The notes under the pieces were generated by a model. It saw nothing but the letters and a program-made list of their open reading frames with translations. It searched no databases and was not told where the DNA came from. Shown here in pieces: positions 55,360-63,926 of a stretch of DNA of 64,000 bases (position 1 is the first letter of the stretch; every line of letters starts with the position of its first letter). The position numbers were made by a program, and so were the translations under genes. The stretch lies in IMG/VR virus record IMGVR_UViG_3300006131_000005; one strand, 5' to 3'. Source of the DNA: a virus. Taxonomy: Duplodnaviria > Heunggongvirae > Uroviricota > Caudoviricetes.

Positions 55360-55799
55360 TGCTCTACGAAATTACCTATTTATCGAAATATTACATCTCC
55401 CCTGGGCATTGCCTCGAATGTCCGCTACACTTTATCAATTTGAAGCCAGAACCCGGAGAACCGGCGACAGGGTGCGAATTGACCGGGGAATTTCTCCCGG
55501 ATGAGTGGGACATCGAAAATATTCCATGGGATAAATGTCCAGTGACTCAATGCGAAGAATATCCGACATCCGGTCTTGATAAGTTCGGAAAACTTGTGCG
55601 GGATATTCGTATCACCAGAAGCCTGCGGCTCTATGACATGGCTAAAGAACTTGGCCTATCTCCTGCCGAACTCTCGGCCATCGAGTGCGGGAGGAAACCT
55701 GTTCCGGATTGGTTCATTCCGGCGCTGGATAAGGCCTATGGCATTGGCGACGCCTGTGTTTGGACGCTGGAGTTGCTCGCTAAGAATCGAGGTGAATAA
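55359..55799 (+). CDS. Cys-rich N-terminal domain fused to XRE-type helix-turn-helix
   Basis: ATG after AAGGAGGTGAATTG; C-term IRITRSLRLYDMAKELGLSPAELSAIECGRK = HTH_XRE. Confidence 0.5.
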   Translation: MLYEITYLSKYYISPGHCLECPLHFINLKPEPGEPATGCELTGEFLPDEWDIENIPWDKCPVTQCEEYPTSGLDKFGKLVRDIRITRSLRLYDMAKELGLSPAELSAIECGRKPVPDWFIPALDKAYGIGDACVWTLELLAKNRGE

Positions 55800-55800
55800 T

Positions 55801-56304
55801 TTGACCTGTATCATAGGATTTACGGATCGCGAAAACAACATTTCATGGATCGGCGGAGATAGTCTTGGAAGCGACGGATACATTAAAGCAACCGAAATGC
55901 CGTCAAAAGTTTTCAGAAATGAGACGTTTACTAATGTCCTAATCGGAGGGACTACCACGTTCCGGCACTTAGATCTACTTAAGTATTCCGAAAGCCTTTT
56001 TGACGAGATTGATTGGTACAAGAAAGCGAATATCGACCACAAGTATATGGTGACAAAATTTATTCCGAAGGTCATTGAACTGTTCAAATATGGGATTATC
56101 GGCGAGCCAGAAACAAAACGCGGTGGAAACTTTATTGTTGCCACACCGGGAAAAATATTTGAGGTGCAGCCAGACTATTCCGTTTTAGAACCTGAACTCG
56201 GAATATGCTCTGTTGGATGCGGCGCGGAGCAATATTGTTGCGGCGTCCAAAGACCATTTCGTATTCTATGTACCGATGGGAGCGATGAAATTGTAATCCG
56301 ATAA
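55801..56304 (+). CDS. HslV/proteasome-beta-like N-terminal-nucleophile hydrolase, tentative
   Basis: TTG after GAGGTGAATAA; N-term (M)TCIIGFTDRENNISWIGGDSLGSDG..KVFRNETFTNVLIGGTTTF aligns with HslV [45 protein letters not shown]; later CSVGCGAEQY ~ IAIGSGGPYA; AT-rich. Confidence 0.4.
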   Translation: MTCIIGFTDRENNISWIGGDSLGSDGYIKATEMPSKVFRNETFTNVLIGGTTTFRHLDLLKYSESLFDEIDWYKKANIDHKYMVTKFIPKVIELFKYGIIGEPETKRGGNFIVATPGKIFEVQPDYSVLEPELGICSVGCGAEQYCCGVQRPFRILCTDGSDEIVIR

Positions 56305-56313
56305 AACACAGTT

Positions 56314-56529
56314 TTGGTGGTGAGTGATATTTTGTCTGCAAAAGATAGGAAAAACTCGGAGGGCTATTCCGATCCGACTATTTACGCAGCCATGAAGAAC
56401 ATCGCCCGAGACGAAGACCGTTTTCGGAAACTACGTAAGGTCATCTTAAACATTTGCGACGTGGCGGGCTTCGAGATTCGGGGTCCGCTCATTCTTATGG
56501 ACAAGAAGACCGGAAAGATTTGGAGGTGA
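56314..56529 (+). CDS. Small protein, paralog of 54827..55009
   Basis: C-term ICDVAGFEIRGPLILMDKKTGKIWR. Confidence 0.4.
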   Translation: MVVSDILSAKDRKNSEGYSDPTIYAAMKNIARDEDRFRKLRKVILNICDVAGFEIRGPLILMDKKTGKIWR

Positions 56530-56657
56530 ATCCATTGGACTGGAAAAATTGTGCAGTATGGTTACTCAGGCTTGTAACTGCCGGAATATTGGTGGTTGGT
56601 ATTCTTTTGGGTCTTGTTATTGGAAAAATATTTTGAGGAAGGAGCGTGAGAATAACT

Positions 56658-57053
56658 ATGACTGGATATTCTGAGGCACCTCAATGGTCTGACTTAACTC
56701 CTGAAAAAATTTGCGACGAGTTAAGAGTTCTTACCAAAAGAGTTAGGCAGATGAAAGCTCAGCAGCCTTCCGGTATTATAATCATGGCCGGAGAAGCCGC
56801 ACACGCCACTATTCGTCATACATTTCCAGAAGATACCGAAACCGTAAAAATCAAGCCTTGTCGATATCTTAAACCAGATCAGTGTCTCATAGTCGGGGTT
56901 GATATTTCCGAAAACAAAGACCTCTCTGTGCTCACGGTTAGCCGTCTCGACAGGACCAAGATGACTGTGGTCAACACCTTCATGGGTGCCGAAGCCGAAG
57001 AGATGTACGAACATCTTACAGGCCAGAAAGTTGGGGTGGTCCGGGATGAATGA
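56658..57053 (+). CDS. Hypothetical protein
   Basis: ATG after GAAGGAGCGTGAGAATAACT. Confidence 0.4.
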   Translation: MTGYSEAPQWSDLTPEKICDELRVLTKRVRQMKAQQPSGIIIMAGEAAHATIRHTFPEDTETVKIKPCRYLKPDQCLIVGVDISENKDLSVLTVSRLDRTKMTVVNTFMGAEAEEMYEHLTGQKVGVVRDE

Positions 57054-57360
57054 TTGGTTGTTTCCAGAAGAGGTCATCGAACTTATCCGACAGAAAGCCA
57101 AAGAGCTTCTACTGGATTTTGACACTCTTGCTGATGCTGTGAACAGAGCACTTGGCATCGTTGGCTATTCCATGCAAGAGGCTACGGAAGCCTTTGAAAA
57201 GCTCTTCAAACAGGCAGAGGAACAGAGTATTGCGAGTGTCGGTACATCTCCTAAAAAATATGGAATGTCGCTTCACAAACGCCAAAATCAAGTAGCCACG
57301 CACTACAATTATATTCCCAGAGTACCCAGGAACCAACCACACCAACGGCGGGCATACTAA
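57046..57360 (+). CDS. Hypothetical protein
   Basis: ATG overlapping previous stop. Confidence 0.35.
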   Translation: MNDWLFPEEVIELIRQKAKELLLDFDTLADAVNRALGIVGYSMQEATEAFEKLFKQAEEQSIASVGTSPKKYGMSLHKRQNQVATHYNYIPRVPRNQPHQRRAY

Positions 57361-57398
57361 TCCGCCAACAATACGTTACATAAAAAGGAGTAAATAAA

Positions 57399-58343
57399 AT
57401 GATTATTCTGCTTGTTATCCTCGCGATCATCGCCATCGCTGGCTTCGCCATCACCACCGCCCTTCGCAAAGGGCTCGACCCAAAGGACGAGTACGATAAG
57501 GACCGGCTGAAAATTCTCGGCATCATCCGGGGTGCGGTCATCGGCGGCTGTGTCGTCATCTTCGCTATTGCGATGCTGATCGGCAGCGTCAAAATCATGG
57601 ATCAGACCGAGGTCGGCATCGTGAAGACCTTCGGTAAGGTCGATCACACTGTTTCCGGCGGCCTCAATTTCGTGAACCCGATTTCCGATACGGTGGAAGT
57701 CATGGACCTGCGGGTACACGTCAATGAGGCGTCCTTTGCGAGCTACACCAAGGATGCTCAGCCGTTGACGGCCGCAATCGAGTATCAGTACGAGCCCATC
57801 GCCGCCCAGGCCATGCAAATCGTCTCCCAATACGGCTCCTATGAGATTCTGGAGACCAAACTTCAGGCCGCTGTTGAGGAGCGCGCTAAAATCGTGTTTG
57901 CACGCTACGGCGCTATGACGCTGCTGGAGAATCGCGCCACCCTTTCCGCTCAGGTGCAGGAGGAAGTTAAGGAGTTGGAGGAACTGTTTCCGGTCAACTT
58001 CACCCAAGTGGTCGTGAAAGACATCGACTTCTCCGACGCTTTCGAGCAGGCCGTCGAAGCCAAGATGCAGGCGGAGCAGAACGCGCTGCGAGCTGAGAAT
58101 GAGAAACAGGAAGCCATCACCAGGGCGGAGCAGGAGCGTGAGGTTGCCCGCGTTGAGGCGGAGGCTGCTGTTCTGGCTGCTGAAGGTGAAGCCCGCGCCC
58201 TGGAAATCACTCGTGAGGCCCTTGAGAACATGCCCGACACCTGGATTGCCCAGCAGTATTTAGAGAAGTGGGACGGTAAGCTGCCTCAGTTCATTACCGG
58301 CGACGGCTCCGGCTTGATGTTGACGCCCAACCTGGAGCAGTGA
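57399..58343 (+). CDS. SPFH/Band-7 (prohibitin/HflC-like) membrane protein
   Basis: N-terminal TMs then TEVGIVKTFGKV..GLNFVNPI core and long A/E/Q-rich coiled-coil. Confidence 0.65.
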   Translation: MIILLVILAIIAIAGFAITTALRKGLDPKDEYDKDRLKILGIIRGAVIGGCVVIFAIAMLIGSVKIMDQTEVGIVKTFGKVDHTVSGGLNFVNPISDTVEVMDLRVHVNEASFASYTKDAQPLTAAIEYQYEPIAAQAMQIVSQYGSYEILETKLQAAVEERAKIVFARYGAMTLLENRATLSAQVQEEVKELEELFPVNFTQVVVKDIDFSDAFEQAVEAKMQAEQNALRAENEKQEAITRAEQEREVARVEAEAAVLAAEGEARALEITREALENMPDTWIAQQYLEKWDGKLPQFITGDGSGLMLTPNLEQ

Positions 58344-58353
58344 GGCGAGGAAG

Positions 58354-58629
58354 ATGACATTTATCATTCGGCTGGTCATATTTCTGATCCGCCTGAAGCT
58401 CCATGTGAGAAAGGGCGAGCGGTTCCAGTTCGACAACCAGAAAACCGATTCGGTCTACTGGTTCACGGAGAGCTCTCTCATGAAGATGGAGTACGGGCAT
58501 CGCTATGAAGCCAGCGTCAGCCTGAATTGGCTGCTGAACCCAGACTGTAAAATCAGACCGCCATATTTAGCCCGGATGCCGAGTCGTAGCAACTTTCTAA
58601 CAAAGGGTGAACGGTGGGAAAGAGGTTAG
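58354..58629 (+). CDS. Hypothetical protein
   Basis: ORF only. Confidence 0.3.
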   Translation: MTFIIRLVIFLIRLKLHVRKGERFQFDNQKTDSVYWFTESSLMKMEYGHRYEASVSLNWLLNPDCKIRPPYLARMPSRSNFLTKGERWERG

Positions 58630-58633
58630 CATA

Positions 58634-58936
58634 ATGGGCTTATCAAAATTAGCCGCCAAGTGTCAGACGTGTCCGTTCGTATCCACCTGTGGCCATAAGC
58701 GCATGGAGGAGGTCGGGTATCTTATCCCGTCCGTACCAGCGGAGCAGCAGAGTGTGGATATTTCGCAGGGCTCGACAACCATTGAGCAGATTGCGTTGCA
58801 GAACTCCATAGCCGTGGATGAGATTGTACGGATGGCGCAAAGCCCCTTCGAGGAGAACATACGCACATATCTGAACCTGATAGAAAGGAGCATTATGACG
58901 GTGTCGGAGGTGAGAGAAATACACCATCTGAAGTAA
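58634..58936 (+). CDS. Hypothetical protein
   Basis: ATG after GGGAAAGAGGTTAGCATA. Confidence 0.4.
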   Translation: MGLSKLAAKCQTCPFVSTCGHKRMEEVGYLIPSVPAEQQSVDISQGSTTIEQIALQNSIAVDEIVRMAQSPFEENIRTYLNLIERSIMTVSEVREIHHLK

Positions 58937-59004
58937 CCCGAGACGCGATTTTGGCCCGGTTCTGTCTATCTTAGGATAAAAATATTTCTAACTTAGAATA
59001 GGAT

Positions 59005-59350
59005 TCGGGCCATTTTCGCGGCCAAATCTGCTCCTACTTTTGGTAGTTCCAGGTTATATTTCTTGGCCACTTTTGTGTTTTGAAAGTGGGCAGAGGGCGA
59101 AAAAAGCGGGCATTTGGCCACTTTTGCATCGGATTTTGAGGACTCGCGAAAGAGTGAAAACGGGCATTTGGCCACTTTTTCCGGCCATTTGGCCACTTTT
59201 GAAACCCCAAAGTGGCCAGCAAAAACCCAGTATTTGCAAGGGTTTGAGGGCTCTCTGCCCACTTTGCCCACTTTTTTCTCTTAACTAATTGCGATAAAAA
59301 ATTTAAGGTATATAGTAATAAGAGCCCCAAAAAGTGGACAAGTGGCCAAA
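59005..59350. repeat. Iteron cluster: ~8 copies of GGCCA(C/T)TTT / GGGCATTTGGCCACTTTT in direct and inverted orientation, incl. palindrome GGCCACTTTTGAAACCCCAAAGTGGCC
   Basis: 430-bp non-coding region; candidate packaging (pac/cos) site, origin or operator array. Confidence 0.7.
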
Positions 59351-59369
59351 ACGGATATGAGGAGGTTTT

Positions 59370-59555
59370 ATGAGCGAGAAAATCACATGGGGCGATATTT
59401 ACAAGGACTTCAAGACCCGGCTGCCTACCTGGGCGAAGCTGGCGGTCGATTACCGTCCGTATGATTACATGACCATCGTCGTATATTTTGCCGACGGTTC
59501 GAGGATGCTGTACGACGGCCTGCAAAAGCTGCCTCGACTTCTGGTGACGGTATAA
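59370..59555 (+). CDS. Hypothetical small protein
   Basis: ATG after TGAGGAGGTTTT. Confidence 0.4.
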   Translation: MSEKITWGDIYKDFKTRLPTWAKLAVDYRPYDYMTIVVYFADGSRMLYDGLQKLPRLLVTV

Positions 59556-59589
59556 CCGCCGGACCTGATGAAGATGAAACATATTTTAT

Positions 59590-59628
59590 GAGAGCCTGTG
59601 TTTGAGGAACATGGGCTCTTCTTTTTGC
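59590..59628 (+). terminator. Hairpin terminator + T-run
   Basis: GAGAGCC..GGGCTCT stem, then TTCTTTTT. Confidence 0.45.
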
Positions 59629-59640
59629 GCTGTTTTCCGG

Positions 59641-59670
59641 CACGCGAAAAAAACATGCCCTTTTATGAAG
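59641..59670 (+). promoter_or_regulatory. Conserved intergenic motif copy (CACGCGAAAAAAACATGCCCTTTTATGAAG)
   Basis: Family motif. Confidence 0.4.
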
Positions 59671-59741
59671 AGAGAGGATAAAAGCGCCATTTTTGAAAAT
59701 GACACACTTCCTCTTTTACTTTTGGAAAGGAGGGTCCGCTT

Positions 59742-60041
59742 ATGGCGAGAAGCGCACGGTTGGAGAGCGGGTTTCAGGATTGGTTAATCGTGAAGCTCAA
59801 AAAACTCTTTCCGGGTTGCATGGTGTTCAAGATGGACCAGATACAGGGTATCCCCGATCTCCTGATTCTGTACGGAGCCAAGTGGGCCTCCCTGGAGTGC
59901 AAGAAATCCGCGAAAGCCAAGAGACAGCCGAACCAAGAATACTATGTGGGGTTGATGAACAGCATGTCCTTTTCTCGTTTCATCTCCCCCGAGAACAAGG
60001 AGGAAGTATTGCGTGAACTTCAACAGGCACTCAAACCTTGA
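59742..60041 (+). CDS. VRR-NUC domain nuclease
   Basis: ESGFQDWL, GIPDLLIL, ASLECKKS, Q..QEYYVGL pattern of VRR-NUC (E..Q, G.PD, ExK). Confidence 0.55.
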   Translation: MARSARLESGFQDWLIVKLKKLFPGCMVFKMDQIQGIPDLLILYGAKWASLECKKSAKAKRQPNQEYYVGLMNSMSFSRFISPENKEEVLRELQQALKP

Positions 60042-60570
60042 AGGCCAACACGCCTTTCTCGGCGCGAGTAAGTATCACTGGATCAACTATGATGAAGACA
60101 AGGTTGCTACGGCCTTTCGTAATCATATCGCGACTCAGCGGGGGACAGAGCTTCACGATTTGGCCGCCCGTTTAATCTTACTCAGGCAGAAGCTACCAAA
60201 ATCGCAGAAGACCTTGAATATGTATGTCAATGACGCGATTGGCTACAAGATGACCCCGGAGCAGATGCTCTACTATTCAGAGAACTGCTTCGGTACCGCG
60301 GATGCTATCTCATTCAAACAGAACGTGCTCCGTATTCACGACCTCAAGACCGGCGAGATCCCCGCGCACATGGAGCAGCTTATGATTTACGCCGCTCTGT
60401 TCTGTCTGGAGTATCGGGTCAGGCCCGCCGATATCCAGATCGAACTGCGCATCTACCAGCACAACGAAATTCTCCTGGACGAGCCTACTGTAGAGGACAT
60501 CCTGCCCATCATGGACAAGATTATGACCTTCGACAAGATTCTCAAACAAATCAAAGAAGAGGAGGGATAA
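60013..60570 (+). CDS. PD-(D/E)xK (RecB/Cas4-like) nuclease
   Basis: GTELHDL, IHDLKTGE, EQLMIYAALF (D..E.K and QxxxY-like motifs). Confidence 0.45.
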   Translation: MNFNRHSNLEGQHAFLGASKYHWINYDEDKVATAFRNHIATQRGTELHDLAARLILLRQKLPKSQKTLNMYVNDAIGYKMTPEQMLYYSENCFGTADAISFKQNVLRIHDLKTGEIPAHMEQLMIYAALFCLEYRVRPADIQIELRIYQHNEILLDEPTVEDILPIMDKIMTFDKILKQIKEEEG

Positions 60571-60573
60571 ACC

Positions 60574-63357
60574 ATGGACCCTAGTTTAGACGAAGTGTTC
60601 GGTCAGGTTGTTGAGATGGCCGAGCAAGACCCTGACATTCTGATGCACTACGGCATCGGTAAACTGGATGGCGCTCCGGGTCCTGGTTCCGGCCGCTATC
60701 CCCTGGGAAGCGGAAAGAACCCCAACCAGCGCAGCGGCGACTTCCTCTCCCGGGTGGATGAGCTTCGCAAGCAGAGGTTTACCTACACTGATAAGGATGG
60801 GAAGGTTTGGACGGGAGACAATGCCATCGCCAAGGCTATGGGCCTGACCAGCACCCAGTTCCGCACTCAGTTGGGCCTTGCTCGGGATGAGCGCCGCTCA
60901 TCTAATGTGGCTACGGCCAAACGGCTGCGCGACGAGGGCAAGACTTTGAAGGAAATTGCTGACACAATGGGTTTCCCCAACGACTCCTCCGTTCGTTCCC
61001 TGCTTAATGAGAGTTCGGAAGCCCGAATGAACCAGGCCAAGAAGACCGCTGAGTTCCTGAGACAGCAGATCGCTGAAAAGGGAATGATCGACGTGGGCAC
61101 CGGCGTGGAGCGGGAACTCGGTATCTCTAGGGAGAAGCTAAACCAGGCGCTATATATGTTGGAGATGGAGGGCTACGCTGTCTATGGCGGCGGCGTTCCC
61201 CAGGTCACCAACAAGGGCCAGCAGACAAATCTCAAGGTTCTCTGTCCTCCAGGCACGGAGCACAAGGACATCTACAACTTTGGCGAGATCCATTCTGTTG
61301 TGGATTACATCAGTCCTGACGGCGGTGAGACCTTCAAGCCGGCCTTTGTCTATCCTGAGAGTATGGACTCATCCCGGCTGAAGATTCGCTATGCCGAAGA
61401 AGGCGGGCTCCAGCGGGACGGAACCGTGGAACTTCGCCGTGGTGTGGCTGATCTGTCCCTGGGTGAGTCCAGCTATGCTCAGGTCCGCATTCTGGTAGAT
61501 GGAAAGAAGTACATCAAGGGAATGGCATTCTACGGCGATGATAAGGACTTCCCTGATGGCGTGGATGTGATCTTTAACACCAACAAGAAGAAGGGTACTC
61601 CTATGGGGGATGTCCTCAAGACCATCAAGGATGATCCAGACAATCCCTTTGGCTCCCTCATCAAGGAGCGCGGCGGCCAGAGCTACTACATCGACCCGAA
61701 AACCGGGAAGGAGAAGCTGTCTCTCATCAATAAACGGGCCGAGGAAGGGGACTGGGGGGAATGGAGCGATCATCTCCCCTCTCAATTTCTTTCTAAGCAG
61801 TCCATGACACTGATTAAAAAGCAGCTTGGCTTGGCTGCGGCTGATAAGGCGTCTGAGTTCGACGAGATCTGTGCCCTCACCAATCCCACCATGAAGAAGG
61901 CACTTCTGGCTTCCTTCGCTGACGACTGCGATTCAGCGGCCGTACACCTTCAGGCAGCGGCTTTGCCGAGACAGAAGTATCAGGTCATCCTTCCTATTGC
62001 TTCGATGAAGGACACTGAGGTCTACGCCCCCAATTACAGGGATGGCGAGACCGTCGCGCTTGTCCGTTATCCTCATGGCGGCACCTTCGAGATTCCAATT
62101 CTTAAGGTGAACAACAAGCAGAGTGAGGCGAAGCGCATCCTGGGCAACGCTCTTGACGCTATTGGCATCAACTCCAAGGTGGCGGAGCGGCTGTCCGGCG
62201 CTGACTTCGATGGCGACACTGTTATGGTCATCCCCACCGGGGGCAAGATCAAAATTACATCCACTCATGCGCTGAAAGGGCTGGAAGGCTTCGACCCGAA
62301 GCTGGAGTACGGCGGCAAACCGGAAGGTTCTTTCAAGCAGATGAAGAACACCCAGACCGAAATGGGTAAGATCTCCAATCTCATCACCGACATGACTCTG
62401 AAAGGCGCCACTGAACCGGAGTTAGCGAGGGCTGTACGGCATAGTATGGTGGTCATCGACGCCGAGAAACATCATCTCGACTACAAGCAGAGCGAGAAGG
62501 ACAACGGCATTGCCGCCTTGAAGAAGAAGTATCAGGGCTATGTGACCGACGACGGTGAGGAAAGAGGCGGCGCCTCTACCCTGATCTCAAGGGCAAAGTC
62601 CGAGGTCTCCGTTCCAAAGCGGAAAGGAAGTCCTAAGACTGACCCTGACACCGGGGAGCTGGTATGGAAGGTCGATGAGGATCGGTTCTACACCGACCCC
62701 AAGACCGGGAAGACCGTGGAGAGGCGGCAGAAGAGTACCCAGATGGCCGAGGAAAGGGACCCCTATAAGCTGTCGTCCGGCACTCCGCAGGAAGAGGCTT
62801 ACGCCGCTTACGCCAGCCAGATGAAGTCCCTGGCCAACCAGGCCCGTAAGGAGATCCTATCCACCGGCAAGATTACTTACTCCGCCTCCGCCAAAGAGAC
62901 CTATCAGACTGAGGTAGCCTCCCTGACCTCCAAGCTCAACATCGCCCTCAAGAACGCCCCCAGGGAGAGGCAGGCCCAGGTCATGGCCAACAGCGTCGTG
63001 GCCGCCAAGAAGAAGGACAACCCCGGTATGACCAAGGAGGAGATCAAGAAGGCCAGCCAGCAGGCGTTGAGCTCTGCCCGTGCTACTGTTGGCGCAAAGC
63101 GGACGCCTATCGTCATCACTGACCGGGAATGGCAGGCGATTCAGGCCGGCGCGATCAGTGAGAACAAGCTGACGCAGATCATCAACCACGCCGACATCGA
63201 CGTGCTTCGGTCTTACGCGACGCCGAGAGCGACGACAACGCTCAGCACCGCGAAGATCAACAAGATCTCGTCCATGAACGCTTCTGGTTACACCACTGCT
63301 GAGATCGCTGAAAGTCTTGGCGTCTCAACTTCCACTGTGCGAAAGTATCTCTCTTGA
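60574..63357 (+). CDS. Large protein with RNAP beta'-type ADFDGD metal-binding motif and C-terminal HTH; candidate YonO-like single-subunit RNA polymerase (tentative)
   Basis: SGADFDGDTVMVIPTGG resembles NADFDGDQMAVHVP of multisubunit RNAP beta'; C-term TTAEIAESLGVSTSTVRKYLS sigma-region-4-like HTH; no P-loop, so not a terminase. Confidence 0.35.
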   Translation: MDPSLDEVFGQVVEMAEQDPDILMHYGIGKLDGAPGPGSGRYPLGSGKNPNQRSGDFLSRVDELRKQRFTYTDKDGKVWTGDNAIAKAMGLTSTQFRTQLGLARDERRSSNVATAKRLRDEGKTLKEIADTMGFPNDSSVRSLLNESSEARMNQAKKTAEFLRQQIAEKGMIDVGTGVERELGISREKLNQALYMLEMEGYAVYGGGVPQVTNKGQQTNLKVLCPPGTEHKDIYNFGEIHSVVDYISPDGGETFKPAFVYPESMDSSRLKIRYAEEGGLQRDGTVELRRGVADLSLGESSYAQVRILVDGKKYIKGMAFYGDDKDFPDGVDVIFNTNKKKGTPMGDVLKTIKDDPDNPFGSLIKERGGQSYYIDPKTGKEKLSLINKRAEEGDWGEWSDHLPSQFLSKQSMTLIKKQLGLAAADKASEFDEICALTNPTMKKALLASFADDCDSAAVHLQAAALPRQKYQVILPIASMKDTEVYAPNYRDGETVALVRYPHGGTFEIPILKVNNKQSEAKRILGNALDAIGINSKVAERLSGADFDGDTVMVIPTGGKIKITSTHALKGLEGFDPKLEYGGKPEGSFKQMKNTQTEMGKISNLITDMTLKGATEPELARAVRHSMVVIDAEKHHLDYKQSEKDNGIAALKKKYQGYVTDDGEERGGASTLISRAKSEVSVPKRKGSPKTDPDTGELVWKVDEDRFYTDPKTGKTVERRQKSTQMAEERDPYKLSSGTPQEEAYAAYASQMKSLANQARKEILSTGKITYSASAKETYQTEVASLTSKLNIALKNAPRERQAQVMANSVVAAKKKDNPGMTKEEIKKASQQALSSARATVGAKRTPIVITDREWQAIQAGAISENKLTQIINHADIDVLRSYATPRATTTLSTAKINKISSMNASGYTTAEIAESLGVSTSTVRKYLS

Positions 63358-63375
63358 AAGGAGTGAACTTAGTAA

Positions 63376-63627
63376 ATGCAGACTGAATGCGCTTTGACTA
63401 CTTTCGACAATCCGTACAATCCATTTGAACAGTTCACTGCTTGGTTTCTGTTCGATGAGACGAAAGGGTATCACACTTGCGCTTACTTGGGCAGAATCGC
63501 GCGAACTTCCAATCTGCTTTCCGATGAAGAGAACAATCGGGAAATTGAAAGAGCGATTGACGAGATCATCAAGTACGATTTCCAGAACATCTACAAGAAG
63601 GTCAGGCGGCAGCCCGTCTCTGCGTGA
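63376..63627 (+). CDS. Hypothetical protein
   Basis: ATG after GAAAGGAGTGAACTTAGTAA. Confidence 0.4.
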   Translation: MQTECALTTFDNPYNPFEQFTAWFLFDETKGYHTCAYLGRIARTSNLLSDEENNREIERAIDEIIKYDFQNIYKKVRRQPVSA

Positions 63628-63926
63628 CCCGGCGCTGACAAAGAGCGCTCGCAATCTTGTGGTTTTTTTAGCTGTAGGCTTTGTGAAACTCTACGGCACT
63701 GAGCGTCATCCGCGAGGCCGACAGTAATCTCGCAGCCGAAATTCATTGGCAGTTCTCCGCTGACAAGTGAGGACGGCCCCGGCTTGTGGAATGTGTCTGC
63801 GACAACATCTTTGTCGTTGCACACAAGGATTACTGCCGGTCTCCGGCGCGCCAGCCAGTCTCTATCTGTAAATGGATTTGTTCTCAGCTTCGATTTTGTT
63901 TCCTCATCCACAAGAAGTTTGGTCAA
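63591..63926 (-). CDS. Possible minus-strand hypothetical protein (weak)
   Basis: TTG-initiated ORF without clear RBS; overlaps previous gene. Confidence 0.2.
   Translation of the reverse strand: MTKLLVDEETKSKLRTNPFTDRDWLARRRPAVILVCNDKDVVADTFHKPGPSSLVSGELPMNFGCEITVGLADDAQCRRVSQSLQLKKPQDCERSLSAPGHAETGCRLTFL

Noticed and set aside
58995-59350. CRISPR array
   Set aside because: Repeats are short (9-18 bp), irregularly spaced, in both orientations and without uniform spacers, which is iteron-like rather than CRISPR.
60574-63357. Large terminase or portal assignment for the 927-aa protein
   Set aside because: No Walker A/B ATPase motifs and no RNaseH-like nuclease signature. The ADFDGD loop and C-terminal HTH point elsewhere, though this is uncertain.
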